Part shown: positions 26,369-36,855 of the stretch, piece by piece
Numbering within the stretch: the stretch's first letter is position 1
Layout: every line of letters begins with the position of its first letter
DNA from: Gemmatimonadales bacterium
GTDB taxonomy: Bacteria > Gemmatimonadota > Gemmatimonadetes > Gemmatimonadales > GWC2-71-9
Direction: 5' to 3'
NCBI GenBank assembly: GCA_035488835.1
Contig: DATHKX010000037.1
Coordinates: 1,602-65,601, forward strand
DNA length: 64,000 bases
Translations under genes and position numbers: made by a program
Notes under the pieces: generated by a model
Database searches by the model: none
What the model saw: only the letters and a program-made list of their open reading frames with translations
What the model was told of the DNA's origin: nothing

Positions 26369-27661
26369 GTGATCGATCTCAAGCTCCTGCGCGCCTCGCC
26401 CCAGCAGGTGCGCGCCGCGCTCGCCCGGCGCGGCGATCCGACCGTCACGCGGCTGCTCGACGAGCTCGAGGCGTTGGACATGCGCCGCCGCGCGCTCACC
26501 GGCCAGCTCGACCAGCTCAAGGGTGAGCGCAACGAGGCCGCGAAGGCCGACGCGCGTCTGATGAAGGAGAAAGGAGCGCTGCCGCCGGACGTGCGCGAGT
26601 CGCGCCGCGCCCTGGGCGAGCGGATCGACGCGCTCGAGGCGGAGCTCAAGGGTGTCGAGGCGGCGCTCGAAGAGAAGCTGCTCTACGTCCCGAACGTCCC
26701 GCTGCCGGACTTGCCGGACGGCGACGCGTCGCACAACAAGACCGTGCGGACCTGGGGCGAGCCGGCGCCGAAGGGCGGCAAGCCGCACTGGGAGATCGGC
26801 GAATCCCTCGGGTTGCTCGACCTTGCGCGCGGCGCGAAGGTCTCGGGGTCGGGGTTCCCGGTCTTTGTGGGCGCCGGGTCGAAGCTGGTGCGCGCGCTCA
26901 TCAACCTCATGCTCGACCTGCACACGCGGGAGCACGGCTACGTCGAGGTGGAGCCGCCGTTCCTCGTGAAGCGCGAGACGATGCAGGGTACGGGCCAGGT
27001 CCCCAAGTTCGAAGACGACGCGTACAAGACAGCGCCCGACGATCTCTTCCTCGTCCCGACCGCCGAGGTACCCGTCACGAACCTGCATCGCGATGAGATC
27101 ATGGACGGTGGGAAGCTGCCGCTGGCCTATACCGCCTACACGCCGTGCTTCCGGCGCGAAGCGGGGGCCGCCGGGCGGGACACCCGTGGACTGCTGCGGG
27201 TGCATCAGTTCGACAAGGTGGAGCTGGTTCGGTTCGCGCGGCCCGCCGATTCACCGGCCGAGCACGAGCGGATGACCGGGCACGCCGAGGCCGTACTGCA
27301 GCGCCTCGAGCTCCCTTACCGCGTCGTGCTACTCGCGGCGGGCGACCTGGGGTTCGCCAGCGCCAAGACCTACGACCTCGAGGTCTGGGCGCCGGGCGTC
27401 GGCCAGTGGCTCGAGGTCTCGAGCGCGAGCTCCTTCACCGACTTCCAGGCACGGCGCGCCAACATCCGCTACCGCCCGGCTGCGGGCGCGAAGCCGGAGC
27501 TGGCCCACACGCTCAACGCGTCGGGCGTGGCGCTGCCACGCACCATCGCGGCGCTGCTCGAGACGCGGCAGCAGCCTGACGGCTCCGTGACGGTTCCGGC
27601 GGCGCTGGTCCCGTACCTGGGAATGGAGCGCCTCGTGCCGCCCTCCGCCGGTGGTCCGTAA
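26369..27661 (+). CDS. serS: Seryl-tRNA synthetase
   Basis: 430 aa. N-terminal coiled coil (MIDLKLLR...) followed by class II motifs (FRREAGAAGRDTRGLLRVHQFDKVE, and the GSGLAxxR-type segment LNASGVALPRT). Confidence 0.97.
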   Translation: MIDLKLLRASPQQVRAALARRGDPTVTRLLDELEALDMRRRALTGQLDQLKGERNEAAKADARLMKEKGALPPDVRESRRALGERIDALEAELKGVEAALEEKLLYVPNVPLPDLPDGDASHNKTVRTWGEPAPKGGKPHWEIGESLGLLDLARGAKVSGSGFPVFVGAGSKLVRALINLMLDLHTREHGYVEVEPPFLVKRETMQGTGQVPKFEDDAYKTAPDDLFLVPTAEVPVTNLHRDEIMDGGKLPLAYTAYTPCFRREAGAAGRDTRGLLRVHQFDKVELVRFARPADSPAEHERMTGHAEAVLQRLELPYRVVLLAAGDLGFASAKTYDLEVWAPGVGQWLEVSSASSFTDFQARRANIRYRPAAGAKPELAHTLNASGVALPRTIAALLETRQQPDGSVTVPAALVPYLGMERLVPPSAGGP

Positions 27662-28823
27662 CGCGGCCCTGCGCCGCGCGGGTCCTCCCGTCGTGGCGGG
27701 GCTGGCGCTGCTGCTCGGCGGGATCACCATCTGGTATGCGTGGGTGGTGGCGCGCCACCTGCGGGACGATGCGCGGCAGACCAGCACCCTGCTCGGCCGG
27801 GTGTTCGCCGGCCTGAACGATCCGCGCCCCGACGCCGCCACCGACGCCCTGCTCGACCTCGCCCGCCAGGTGCGCTCGCTCGGCATCGCGATCGTCGTGA
27901 TGGACACTGCGGGTCACATCACGGCGCTCGATAACGCGCCTCCGCAGATCGGCGCCGACACGGCACGCCTGCAGGCTTGGATCGCCGCGCTGGACATCGA
28001 GAACCCCCCGTTGGTCCAGCCGGGCGTGGGTACCATCCACTACGGCACCGGAACCGCCGCGCGGCGGTTCGCGAGTATCGCCGCACTCGAAGGCGCAGTG
28101 CTCCTGTGCCTGGCGCTGCTCGCCGGGTGGGCTTACCGCTCGCAGGTCGCCGCCGCGCGCGACCGGCTGTGGGTCGCCATGGCGCGGGAGTCGGCCCACC
28201 AGCTCGGCACGCCGCTCATGAGCCTCACGGGATGGATTGCCTACCTGCGGGAAAATCCGGGTACCCCGGGGGCCGAGCTGGCGGAGCATCTTCAGGCCGA
28301 TGCGGAACGCCTCGAGCGGGTGGCCAAGCGGTTCGAGCGCATCGGTCGGCCGGCGCGCCGGGAGGCGGTGGGGTTGGGTGCCCTGGCCGAGCGGGTGGTG
28401 AGCTACTTCCGCCCGCGGCTCCCCACGCTGGCGAGCCCGGTGACGCTCGCGCTGCGCGCGACCGGGCCGGGCCCCACCGCGCTCGGCGATCCCGTGCTGC
28501 TCGAGTGGGCGCTCGAGGCCGTGATCAAGAACGCGATCGACGCGCTCTCGGGACGCGGCGGGCGGATCGACGTGGCGGTGGATGCGGCGGGCCGCACCGC
28601 CCGGCTGAGCGTTCGCGACGACGGTCCCGGCGTGCCCCCGGAGGTGCGGGCCCAGCTGTTCGAGCCGGGCGTCTCGACCAAGCCGGGGGGGTGGGGCATC
28701 GGACTGGCGCTGGCGCGTCGCATCGTCGAGCAACAGCACGGCGGCCGGTTGGTGTACCGGCCGGCCCCGACTGGGGAGGGGGCCGAGTTCGTGCTCGAAT
28801 TCCCGCTCGTGAGCGCGACGTGA
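27651..28823 (+). CDS. Membrane sensor histidine kinase
   Basis: Two TM helices flank a periplasmic segment of about 130 aa. The H-box is ESAHQLGTPLMSL. The HATPase_c motifs are NAIDAL, DDGPGVP and GGWGIGLALA. GTG 27651 overlaps the serS end by 11 nt, and the stop overlaps the pcrA start. Confidence 0.9.
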   Translation: MVRNAALRRAGPPVVAGLALLLGGITIWYAWVVARHLRDDARQTSTLLGRVFAGLNDPRPDAATDALLDLARQVRSLGIAIVVMDTAGHITALDNAPPQIGADTARLQAWIAALDIENPPLVQPGVGTIHYGTGTAARRFASIAALEGAVLLCLALLAGWAYRSQVAAARDRLWVAMARESAHQLGTPLMSLTGWIAYLRENPGTPGAELAEHLQADAERLERVAKRFERIGRPARREAVGLGALAERVVSYFRPRLPTLASPVTLALRATGPGPTALGDPVLLEWALEAVIKNAIDALSGRGGRIDVAVDAAGRTARLSVRDDGPGVPPEVRAQLFEPGVSTKPGGWGIGLALARRIVEQQHGGRLVYRPAPTGEGAEFVLEFPLVSAT

Positions 28824-31084
28824 CCCTCGCGCTGAATCCCCAGCAGGATGCCGCGGTCCGCCATCCCGGCGGCCCGCTCCTCGTGCTCGCCGGCGCGGGC
28901 TCGGGCAAGACGCGCGTTCTCACGGCCCGGATCGCGCACCTCATCCGCGAGCGGGGCGTCGCGCCATCGCGGATTTTCGCCGTCACGTTCACGAACAAGG
29001 CGGCGGGAGAGATGCGTGCGCGGGTGGCCGCGCTGCTCGGCGCCGACCCGCGCGGTCTGTGGATCGGCACCTTCCATGCGCTGTCGGCGCGCCTGCTCCG
29101 GCGTGAGGCGGCCCTGCTCGGTTTCGGGCCGAATTTCACGATCTACGATCAGGACGACTCGGAGTCCTTCATCAAGCGCCTGTTGGAGCAGCGGGGTCAC
29201 TCCCCCAAAGCCAATCCCCCGCGCGCGATCCACGCCATCATCTCGGGAGCGAAGAACCGGATGATCCTCCCCGAAGAGCTGGGCGCGAGCGCCGACAGCC
29301 CGCTGGAGCGCGTCGCGGCGGAAATCTATGCGGGGCTTGGCCCCGCACTCCGTCAGGCCAACGCCATGGACTTCGACGACCTCCTGCTGTTTCCGCTCAC
29401 GCTGTTCGCCGAGCGTCCGGAGCGCCTGGCGTACTGGCAGCGGCGTTTCGATCACGTCTTGGTGGATGAATTCCAGGACACCAACGCCGCCCAGTACCGG
29501 CTCGTGAAGCAGCTCGCCACCGAGCACAGAAACCTCTGCGTGGTGGGCGACGACGACCAGGCGATCTACGGCTGGCGCGGCGCGGATGTGCGACACATGC
29601 TCTCGTTTCAGCAGGACTTCCCCGGGACGACCCTCATCAAGCTCGAGCAGAACTATCGGTCCACCCAGGTGATCCTCGATGCGGCGAACGGCGTCATCGC
29701 GGAAAACGGCCGCCGGCTGGGCAAGACGCTGTTCACCGCGAAGCAGGGCGGGGAGCCGGTCACGCTGCTCACCGCGGCGGACGAGCGGGACGAGGCGGAG
29801 TGGCTCGCCGGCGAGCTCAGCCGCCGGGCGGCAGACGGCGACCTGGCGTACGAAGGGATGGCGGTCCTGTACCGCACCAATTCGCAGTCGCGGCCGCTCG
29901 AAGAGGCGTTCCGGTTCCGGGGGATCCCGTACCGGCTGGTCGGCGCCGTGAGCTTCTACGAGCGCCGCGAGGTCAAGGACGTGCTCGCCTACCTCCGGCT
30001 CATCGCCAATCCCCGGGACGACGAGGCGTTCGCCCGCATCGTGAACGTGCCCCGGCGGGGGATCGGCGACGCGTCGTTCGCGCAGCTCGTACGCGCGGCG
30101 ACCCAATGGGGGCAGCCGCTCCTCGACGCCGCCCGGGCGGCCGAGCGGATCCCCGACCTGCGGCCCAATGTGCGGGCGGCCTTTGTCGGGGTGGCCGCGC
30201 TGATCGACGAGCTGCGGACGCGGCATGCCGCGACCGATCCCGCCACGGCGTTGGAGCAGGCGGTGGCGGCGGTGGGCTACGCCCAATATCTGGCCGACGA
30301 GGGACCCGAGGGTGTGGAGCGCCTCGAGAACGTGCAGGAGCTGATCGCCGGGGCGGCGGCGTGGGCCGAGACGGCGGAGGACGAGGGGGATGAGGCGGGG
30401 GATGAAGCCGGGGGCGAGGGCAGGGGTGCGGGCGCATCGCTCATCGAGCGGTACCTCACCCAGGCGGCACTCGTGGCGTCGGCCGACCAGGGGACGGGGG
30501 ACCCGACCGGCGTCACGTTGATGACGGTGCACATGGCGAAGGGCCTCGAATGGCCGGTCGTGACGCTCACCGGGCTCGAGGACGGTCTGTTCCCGCTGGC
30601 GCGATCGGCGAGCGAGCCGGGGGGACTCGAGGAGGAGCGACGGTTGTGCTACGTGGGACTCACGCGCGCGCGCGAAAAACTGTATCTCTCATGGGCGCGC
30701 ACGCGCTACCGCACCGGGCGACTCGAGCTGTCGGAGCCGTCGCGCTTCCTCGAGGCGCTGCCGGCGGGCGCGCTGGAAGAGCGGAGCACGACGCCCATGT
30801 GGGACCGCGGCGCGCGCGGTGGGCGCGGCGCGGCGCGGGGCGGCCGGTCGCCGCGCGCGGGGCCGGCGGAGCTGGATTGGGAGGTCGAGGCGTCGCAGGA
30901 CGCGCCGCGCTACGCGGCCGGTGAGCGGGTGCGGCACCGCAAGTTCGGGGGCGGGGTGGTGCGGGCGGTGTCGGGCTCCGGCCGCGAGCTCAAGGTGACC
31001 GTTGAATTCGACGACCAGGAGATCGGGACCAAGCAGCTGCTCGTCGCCTACGCCGGGCTCGAGCGCGAGTGGGAGAGTGCATGA
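28820..31084 (+). CDS. pcrA: UvrD/PcrA-family DNA helicase
   Basis: GTG 28820 (GTGA overlap). Motifs are LNPQQDAAVRHPGGPLLVLAGAGSGKTRVL, FTNKAAGEM, VDEFQDTN, NYRST and TVHMAKGLEWPVV. There is a C-terminal UvrD_C_2-like tail. Confidence 0.95.
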   Translation: MTLALNPQQDAAVRHPGGPLLVLAGAGSGKTRVLTARIAHLIRERGVAPSRIFAVTFTNKAAGEMRARVAALLGADPRGLWIGTFHALSARLLRREAALLGFGPNFTIYDQDDSESFIKRLLEQRGHSPKANPPRAIHAIISGAKNRMILPEELGASADSPLERVAAEIYAGLGPALRQANAMDFDDLLLFPLTLFAERPERLAYWQRRFDHVLVDEFQDTNAAQYRLVKQLATEHRNLCVVGDDDQAIYGWRGADVRHMLSFQQDFPGTTLIKLEQNYRSTQVILDAANGVIAENGRRLGKTLFTAKQGGEPVTLLTAADERDEAEWLAGELSRRAADGDLAYEGMAVLYRTNSQSRPLEEAFRFRGIPYRLVGAVSFYERREVKDVLAYLRLIANPRDDEAFARIVNVPRRGIGDASFAQLVRAATQWGQPLLDAARAAERIPDLRPNVRAAFVGVAALIDELRTRHAATDPATALEQAVAAVGYAQYLADEGPEGVERLENVQELIAGAAAWAETAEDEGDEAGDEAGGEGRGAGASLIERYLTQAALVASADQGTGDPTGVTLMTVHMAKGLEWPVVTLTGLEDGLFPLARSASEPGGLEEERRLCYVGLTRAREKLYLSWARTRYRTGRLELSEPSRFLEALPAGALEERSTTPMWDRGARGGRGAARGGRSPRAGPAELDWEVEASQDAPRYAAGERVRHRKFGGGVVRAVSGSGRELKVTVEFDDQEIGTKQLLVAYAGLEREWESA

Positions 31085-31386
31085 GCGTCACGCATGACGA
31101 GGTTCGCAGGATCGCGCAGCTCGCGGAGCTCGACGTGAGCGAGGAAGCGCTCCCGCTGCTGGCCGAGCAGATGTCGCGGATTCTCGAGTACGTCGCCCAG
31201 ATCAACGCCGTGCCGGCGAGCGAGGGCGTGAAGCCGTTCGTGCCGGGGCCGGACGCGGTGCGGTTCCGCCCCGACGAAGTGAAGCCCTGGCCGCTCGCGT
31301 TCGGACCCGCCGAGCTCGCGCCCGCCTTCCGAGACGGCTTCTTCCTCGTGCCCAAGCTCGGGCAGTTCGAGGACGCCGAAGCGTGA
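31081..31386 (+). CDS. gatC: Asp/Glu-tRNA amidotransferase subunit C
   Basis: ATG 31081 (ATGA overlap with pcrA). The N-terminus MSVTHDEVRRIAQLAELDVSEEA is a typical GatC start. It is followed by gatA and gatB. Confidence 0.9.
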   Translation: MSVTHDEVRRIAQLAELDVSEEALPLLAEQMSRILEYVAQINAVPASEGVKPFVPGPDAVRFRPDEVKPWPLAFGPAELAPAFRDGFFLVPKLGQFEDAEA

Positions 31387-32770
31387 GCGATCCCAGCGAA
31401 GCGCTGGCGAGCGCCAAGGCGGCGGCCGATCGCATCGTCAAGGTCAAGCGGCTGAACGCCTGTCTCACCCCGATCAAGGAGCTCCGCAAGTCGCTGGTCG
31501 CGCAGGCGGCGGCGGCGCATCCGTCGGGCGTGCTGTACGGCATGCCGGTGGCGGTGAAGGACAACATCTGCACGCTCGAGTTCACCACGAGCTGCGGCTC
31601 GAAGATCCTCGAGGGCTACCGCTCGCCGTACGACGCGACTGCCGTGGCGAAGCTGAAAGCGGCGGGCGCGTTGATCGCCGGGAAGACAAACTGCGACGAG
31701 TTCGGCATGGGGTCGTCCACGGAGCACTCGGCGTACGGCCGCTCGCTCCACCCGTTCGACAAGACGCGGGTGCCGGGCGGCTCGTCGGGTGGCTCGGCGG
31801 CGCTGGTCGCCGCGGGCGCGGTACCCGCCGCGCTGGGCTCGGAGACGGGCGGCTCGGTGCGCCAGCCGGCGTCGCTCTGCGGGGTCGTGGGGATCAAGCC
31901 CACCTACGGGCGGGTGAGTCGCTCCGGCCTCGTGGCGTTCGGCTCCTCGCTCGACCAGATCGGCGTGCTGGGCCGGAGCGTGCACGACGCGGCCCGCGTC
32001 CTCTCGGTGATCAGCGGGCGCGACCCCAGAGACGCGACGTGCGAAGACCGCGACTCGCTGCGCCTCCCGAACGTGCCCGAATCGCTCCAAGGCTTCGTGA
32101 TCGGGGTGCCGAAGGAGTACTTCCCGCAGGACCTGGACCCGGCGGTGCGCCGGGCCTGCGACCGCGCGATCCGCCTGCTGCGCGAGCTGGGGGCGGCGGT
32201 GCGCGAGGTCTCGCTGCCCCACACGGCGTACGCGGTTGCGACCTACTACATCATCGCGCCGGCCGAGGCGTCCTCCAACCTGGCGCGCTACGACGGGGCC
32301 CGGTACGGCCCGCGCTTCAACGGATCGGAAGACGTGCGCTCGCTGTACCGCACGACGCGCGGCGAAGGATTCGGCCCCGAGGTGCGGCGCCGGGTGCTCG
32401 TCGGGACGTACGTGCTGTCGTCGGGCTACTACGACGCATACTACCGGAAGGCGCAGCAGATGCGCGCGCTGATCGCCCAGGACTTCCGCAACGTCTTCGA
32501 TCGCGGCGTGGATCTGCTGTTCACCCCGACCACGCCGACCCCGGCCTTCAAGGCCGGCGAGAAGCTCAACGACCCGGTGGCGATGTACCTCTCCGACATC
32601 TTCACAGTGACGGCGAACCTCGCGGGACTGCCCGCCATCTCCGTCCCGATCGGCCGCATCAAGGGCCTGCCGATCGGCGGGCAGCTCATCGGCCAGGCGT
32701 TCCTCGAGGACGAGATGCTCGAGGCGGCGTACGCGCTCGAGCGGGCCGTCCCGGCCGGCGAGGAGGCGTG

Positions 32771-32771
<1 letters not shown>
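31383..32771 (+). CDS. gatA: Asp/Glu-tRNA amidotransferase subunit A
   Basis: 462 aa with the amidase signature GGSSGGSAALVAAG and the block KDNICT. Confidence 0.97.
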
Positions 32772-34201
<1,430 letters not shown>

Positions 34202-34267
34202 GCCGCTAAGCACACAAACCACCTTTTCATCGTCGGTCCCGTAACTCCTCGCGCTGTGGCAACCTGC

Positions 34268-34293
34268 GCCGGGGGGAGCCGGCTTTGTGTTTC
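34268..34293 (+). terminator. Candidate rho-independent terminator after gatB
   Basis: 5-bp GC stem GCCGG (34268-72) / CCGGC (34279-83) with a 6-nt loop, then TTTGTGTTT. The stem is short, so support is moderate only. Confidence 0.45.
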
Positions 34294-34299
34294 GTGAAC

Positions 34300-34349
34300 T
34301 TGACTTTAGTTATTATATCAATAATATTGATTTTGCACTAAATATAGTG
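34300..34349 (+). promoter_or_regulatory. AT-rich promoter/operator region: TTGACT-N16-TAATAT plus two palindromes
   Basis: TTGACT lies at 34300-05 and TAATAT at 34322-27. A perfect 15-bp palindrome ATCAATAATATTGAT (34317-31) overlaps the -10. A second inverted repeat, CACTA-AATA-TAGTG, lies at 34336-49. The region is about 22% GC (12 G/C in 34296-34350 by hand count). Confidence 0.5.
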
Positions 34350-34363
34350 AAAGGCGTGAGCAC

Positions 34364-34672
34364 GTGGCCAAACCGTGGATTGAGCACTTGAGCGACGAGG
34401 ACCTCGGCTTCTTGAAGCGGTTCCTCCTGGCTGGGGGGACGCTGAAGGACCTCGCAGCCCAGTACGGGATCTCGTACCCCACGGTTCGACTGCGGCTGGA
34501 TCGGCTCATCGACAAGGTCAAGCTGGTCGACGCCGCGCCAGAAGCCGGTCCGTTCGAGCTGCGGCTGCGTGCCGCGTACGCCGACGGTCTGCTCAACGCC
34601 GAGACGTTCCACGCGCTCCTGGAAGCTCATCGAAAGGAGCAGGAGGATCGACATGAGACACGTGCTCGCTAG
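34364..34672 (+). CDS. DUF2089-like helix-turn-helix protein lacking the usual N-terminal zinc ribbon
   Basis: 102 aa, GTG start. LSDEDLGFLKRFLLAGGTLKDLAAQYGISYPTVRLRLDRLIDKV matches my recollection of the C-terminal HTH half of DUF2089 proteins (..GISYPTVRNRLD..). There are no CxxC pairs. Confidence 0.6.
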   Translation: MAKPWIEHLSDEDLGFLKRFLLAGGTLKDLAAQYGISYPTVRLRLDRLIDKVKLVDAAPEAGPFELRLRAAYADGLLNAETFHALLEAHRKEQEDRHETRAR

Positions 34673-35516
34673 CGCCTGCATGGCGCTCCTGGTGGCCACG
34701 CGTGCGGTGGCCGCACAGGACCTGACGATCGATTGGTCGCGGACGGTCGTGCCCGGGGGTGTAGTGCGGGCCGGCGAGGGGCCGGGTGGCACGCCCGTCC
34801 TCGAGCTCCGCGCCACGGCCGCGGGGCCGACGTCGCTTCATCTCGTCACAATCGATCACCCGCCGGTCTCGGGCCCGCGCTACGTCGTCGCCGGTCAGGT
34901 CCGCTATCAGGGTGTGGAGGGGCAGGGTTTCCTCGAGATGTGGACGGTGTTCCCGAACGGCGAGCGGTTTTTCACCCGCACGCTCGCCGCGCAGGGCTCG
35001 CTTGCGGCCTTCCACGGCGAGTCGAACTGGCGGCGGTTCGAGCTCCCCTTCGACATGAGCGGCGCGTCCCAAGTCCCAAGCCGCCTCGAGATCAACCTGG
35101 TCCTCTCCGGGCCGGGAACGGTCTGGCTCGGGCCGATTCACCTCCAGCCGTGGGCCGGTCAGGCCGGAACGAACGGCGGCTGGTGGAGCGAGCGGGTTGG
35201 GACTCTGGTCGGCACCATGCTCGGCAGCTTCCTGGGCGTCGTCGGGGCGATCATCGGTGTTCTGAGCGGTCGGGGTAGAGCCCGTCGCCTGGTGCTCACG
35301 CTGCTGGTCGGGATGATCGCCGTCGGCGGCGGCTTGGCGCTCGTGGGGGCGGCGGCCGCATTGAGCTCCCAGCCGCGGCACGTCTGGTACCCGCTCTTAG
35401 CGATCGGCGGGGCCTCGGCGGTTATCGGGCTGGTGATTCTACCTGCCATGCGGCGCCGCTTTGCGGCGGAGGAGCTTCGCCGGATCGACGCCCTGGATGC
35501 CGGCTCCCGTTCCTAG
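34653..35516 (+). CDS. Hypothetical membrane protein: signal peptide, extracytoplasmic beta-rich domain of about 150 aa, and 3-4 C-terminal TM helices
   Basis: ATG 34653 follows AGGAGCAGGAGG and overlaps the HTH gene by 20 nt. The signal peptide is MRHVLASACMALLVATRAVAAQ. The TM helices are VGTLVGTMLGSFLGVVGAIIGVL, LVLTLLVGMIAVGGGLALVGAAAAL and VWYPLLAIGGASAVIGLVILPA. Confidence 0.6.
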   Translation: MRHVLASACMALLVATRAVAAQDLTIDWSRTVVPGGVVRAGEGPGGTPVLELRATAAGPTSLHLVTIDHPPVSGPRYVVAGQVRYQGVEGQGFLEMWTVFPNGERFFTRTLAAQGSLAAFHGESNWRRFELPFDMSGASQVPSRLEINLVLSGPGTVWLGPIHLQPWAGQAGTNGGWWSERVGTLVGTMLGSFLGVVGAIIGVLSGRGRARRLVLTLLVGMIAVGGGLALVGAAAALSSQPRHVWYPLLAIGGASAVIGLVILPAMRRRFAAEELRRIDALDAGSRS

Positions 35517-36481
35517 TCTTGCTCCCGGTCCCGCCACGGGCGCTGCGCCTGGGATTGCCGCCAGTACGCGAGGGGCGGCGTCGGCAGCCCGAAGTGGTGT
35601 TCCGCCGTCTCGAGCATCCGCTCGGGATCCTCGCGGCCGCCCTCGTGGAGCGCCTGCCGCCGCATTCGCTTCGCGAGCTTGAGCGCCTGATCGCCGGCCG
35701 GATCGAGCCGCCGCGCCGCCGCGTCTTTCTCCCCTAGCATCTCCATCACGTACTCGAACGCCACGGCCATGTGGCGCTCCACGTCCGCGTCGGGCAGATC
35801 CCAGCGCGTGTTCTCGAGGATCATCTGGAATGCCCAGCGCCAGCTCTCGCTCTCGGTGAGATGCACCATGCCGCGGAACAGCCGCCGGCTGGTGCCCACG
35901 CTGAACAGCGTAGGTGAGATGATCGTGTCGAGGTGCGTGTCGCTCGGCGTGTGATCCTGGAGGATGAGCTCTTTCGCTGTGCCCGCGTAGGCAGGGCCCA
36001 GATGGGTCTCGAACCGGCTCTCCCAGTAGCTGTGGCCCAGCGCTGCCGTGCTGGAGGTGAGCACGAGCTGGCGCGGTACGAAGAAGTTGTGGGCTACCGC
36101 ATCCGCGGCCAGGTGCGACAGATAGCCGAGGCCGAACGCGCGCAGCGGATCGGTGTGGGCCAGGTCGAAGATTTCCTGACCCACGTGCCAGGCGTGGCAG
36201 TGCCGGCCCACCGGCGCGTACTTCTTGGCCATCGAGGTATCGGCGGCGATGTTGCCGTAGAGGAAGTCGTAGGGAAATGCGCGCAGCAGATCGACCACGC
36301 CCCCCGACAGCTGGTGCAGGTTTGCGAGGACGGATTCGCCCAGGTAGACATGGGTCCCGGGCGTCCAGGCGTGCGCAGCGCCGGGGAACAGGGCCACCCC
36401 GACCAGGCCGGCCGCCGCGGCCGCGAGGAGCTGCTTCCCCGTCAGTGCTTCTTCCCCCGCTTGAGCGTGCGCCGGCCCCAT
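35513..36481 (-). CDS. Zinc-dependent phospholipase C family protein (PLC/S1-P1-like fold)
   Basis: The signal peptide ends in AHA, followed by WTPGTHVYL (the W1...H pattern of Zn-PLC). Further His/Asp ligand-like positions are NIAADTS, HCHAWH and SHLAADAVAHN. The ATG 36481 start overlaps the upstream gene by 40 nt, so the start is uncertain. Confidence 0.65.
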   Translation of the reverse strand: MGPAHAQAGEEALTGKQLLAAAAAGLVGVALFPGAAHAWTPGTHVYLGESVLANLHQLSGGVVDLLRAFPYDFLYGNIAADTSMAKKYAPVGRHCHAWHVGQEIFDLAHTDPLRAFGLGYLSHLAADAVAHNFFVPRQLVLTSSTAALGHSYWESRFETHLGPAYAGTAKELILQDHTPSDTHLDTIISPTLFSVGTSRRLFRGMVHLTESESWRWAFQMILENTRWDLPDADVERHMAVAFEYVMEMLGEKDAAARRLDPAGDQALKLAKRMRRQALHEGGREDPERMLETAEHHFGLPTPPLAYWRQSQAQRPWRDREQD

Positions 36482-36855
36482 TCCAGCAGATTGATGCCAC
36501 GGCGCAGCGTGCGCAGCGTCGCAGCCACGTCGAGCACCGTCGTTTCCACTTCTTCCTGCACGACTTCGAACACGGCGTCCAGATCGGCCAGCCGCGCCTC
36601 GGCCGCATCGGCGGCTTTGACGATTCGCTCGCGCAGGTCGCGGGAGGTGCCGACCAGACCATCGGCCTCGCTACGGATCGCGGCCACCAGCGCTCGCACG
36701 TCGCCGAGGGCAGGCCCCGCCAGCTCGCGCACCACCCGCAGGAACGCGCGGAAGCCCAGCGCCGCCACCACTGACGCGGCCGCGATCACGATCGCCGCCA
36801 GGGCAAGAATCGCGAGTGAAATCCCGGTCACCACCGCCACCCAGGTTGGGATCAT
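36442..36855 (-). CDS. DUF948-like membrane-anchored coiled-coil protein
   Basis: 137 aa. N-terminal TM helix (VAVVTGISLAILALAAIVIAAASVVAAL) followed by a long helical/coiled-coil region. 4-nt overlap with the upstream transporter gene. Confidence 0.5.
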   Translation of the reverse strand: MIPTWVAVVTGISLAILALAAIVIAAASVVAALGFRAFLRVVRELAGPALGDVRALVAAIRSEADGLVGTSRDLRERIVKAADAAEARLADLDAVFEVVQEEVETTVLDVAATLRTLRRGINLLEWGRRTLKRGKKH

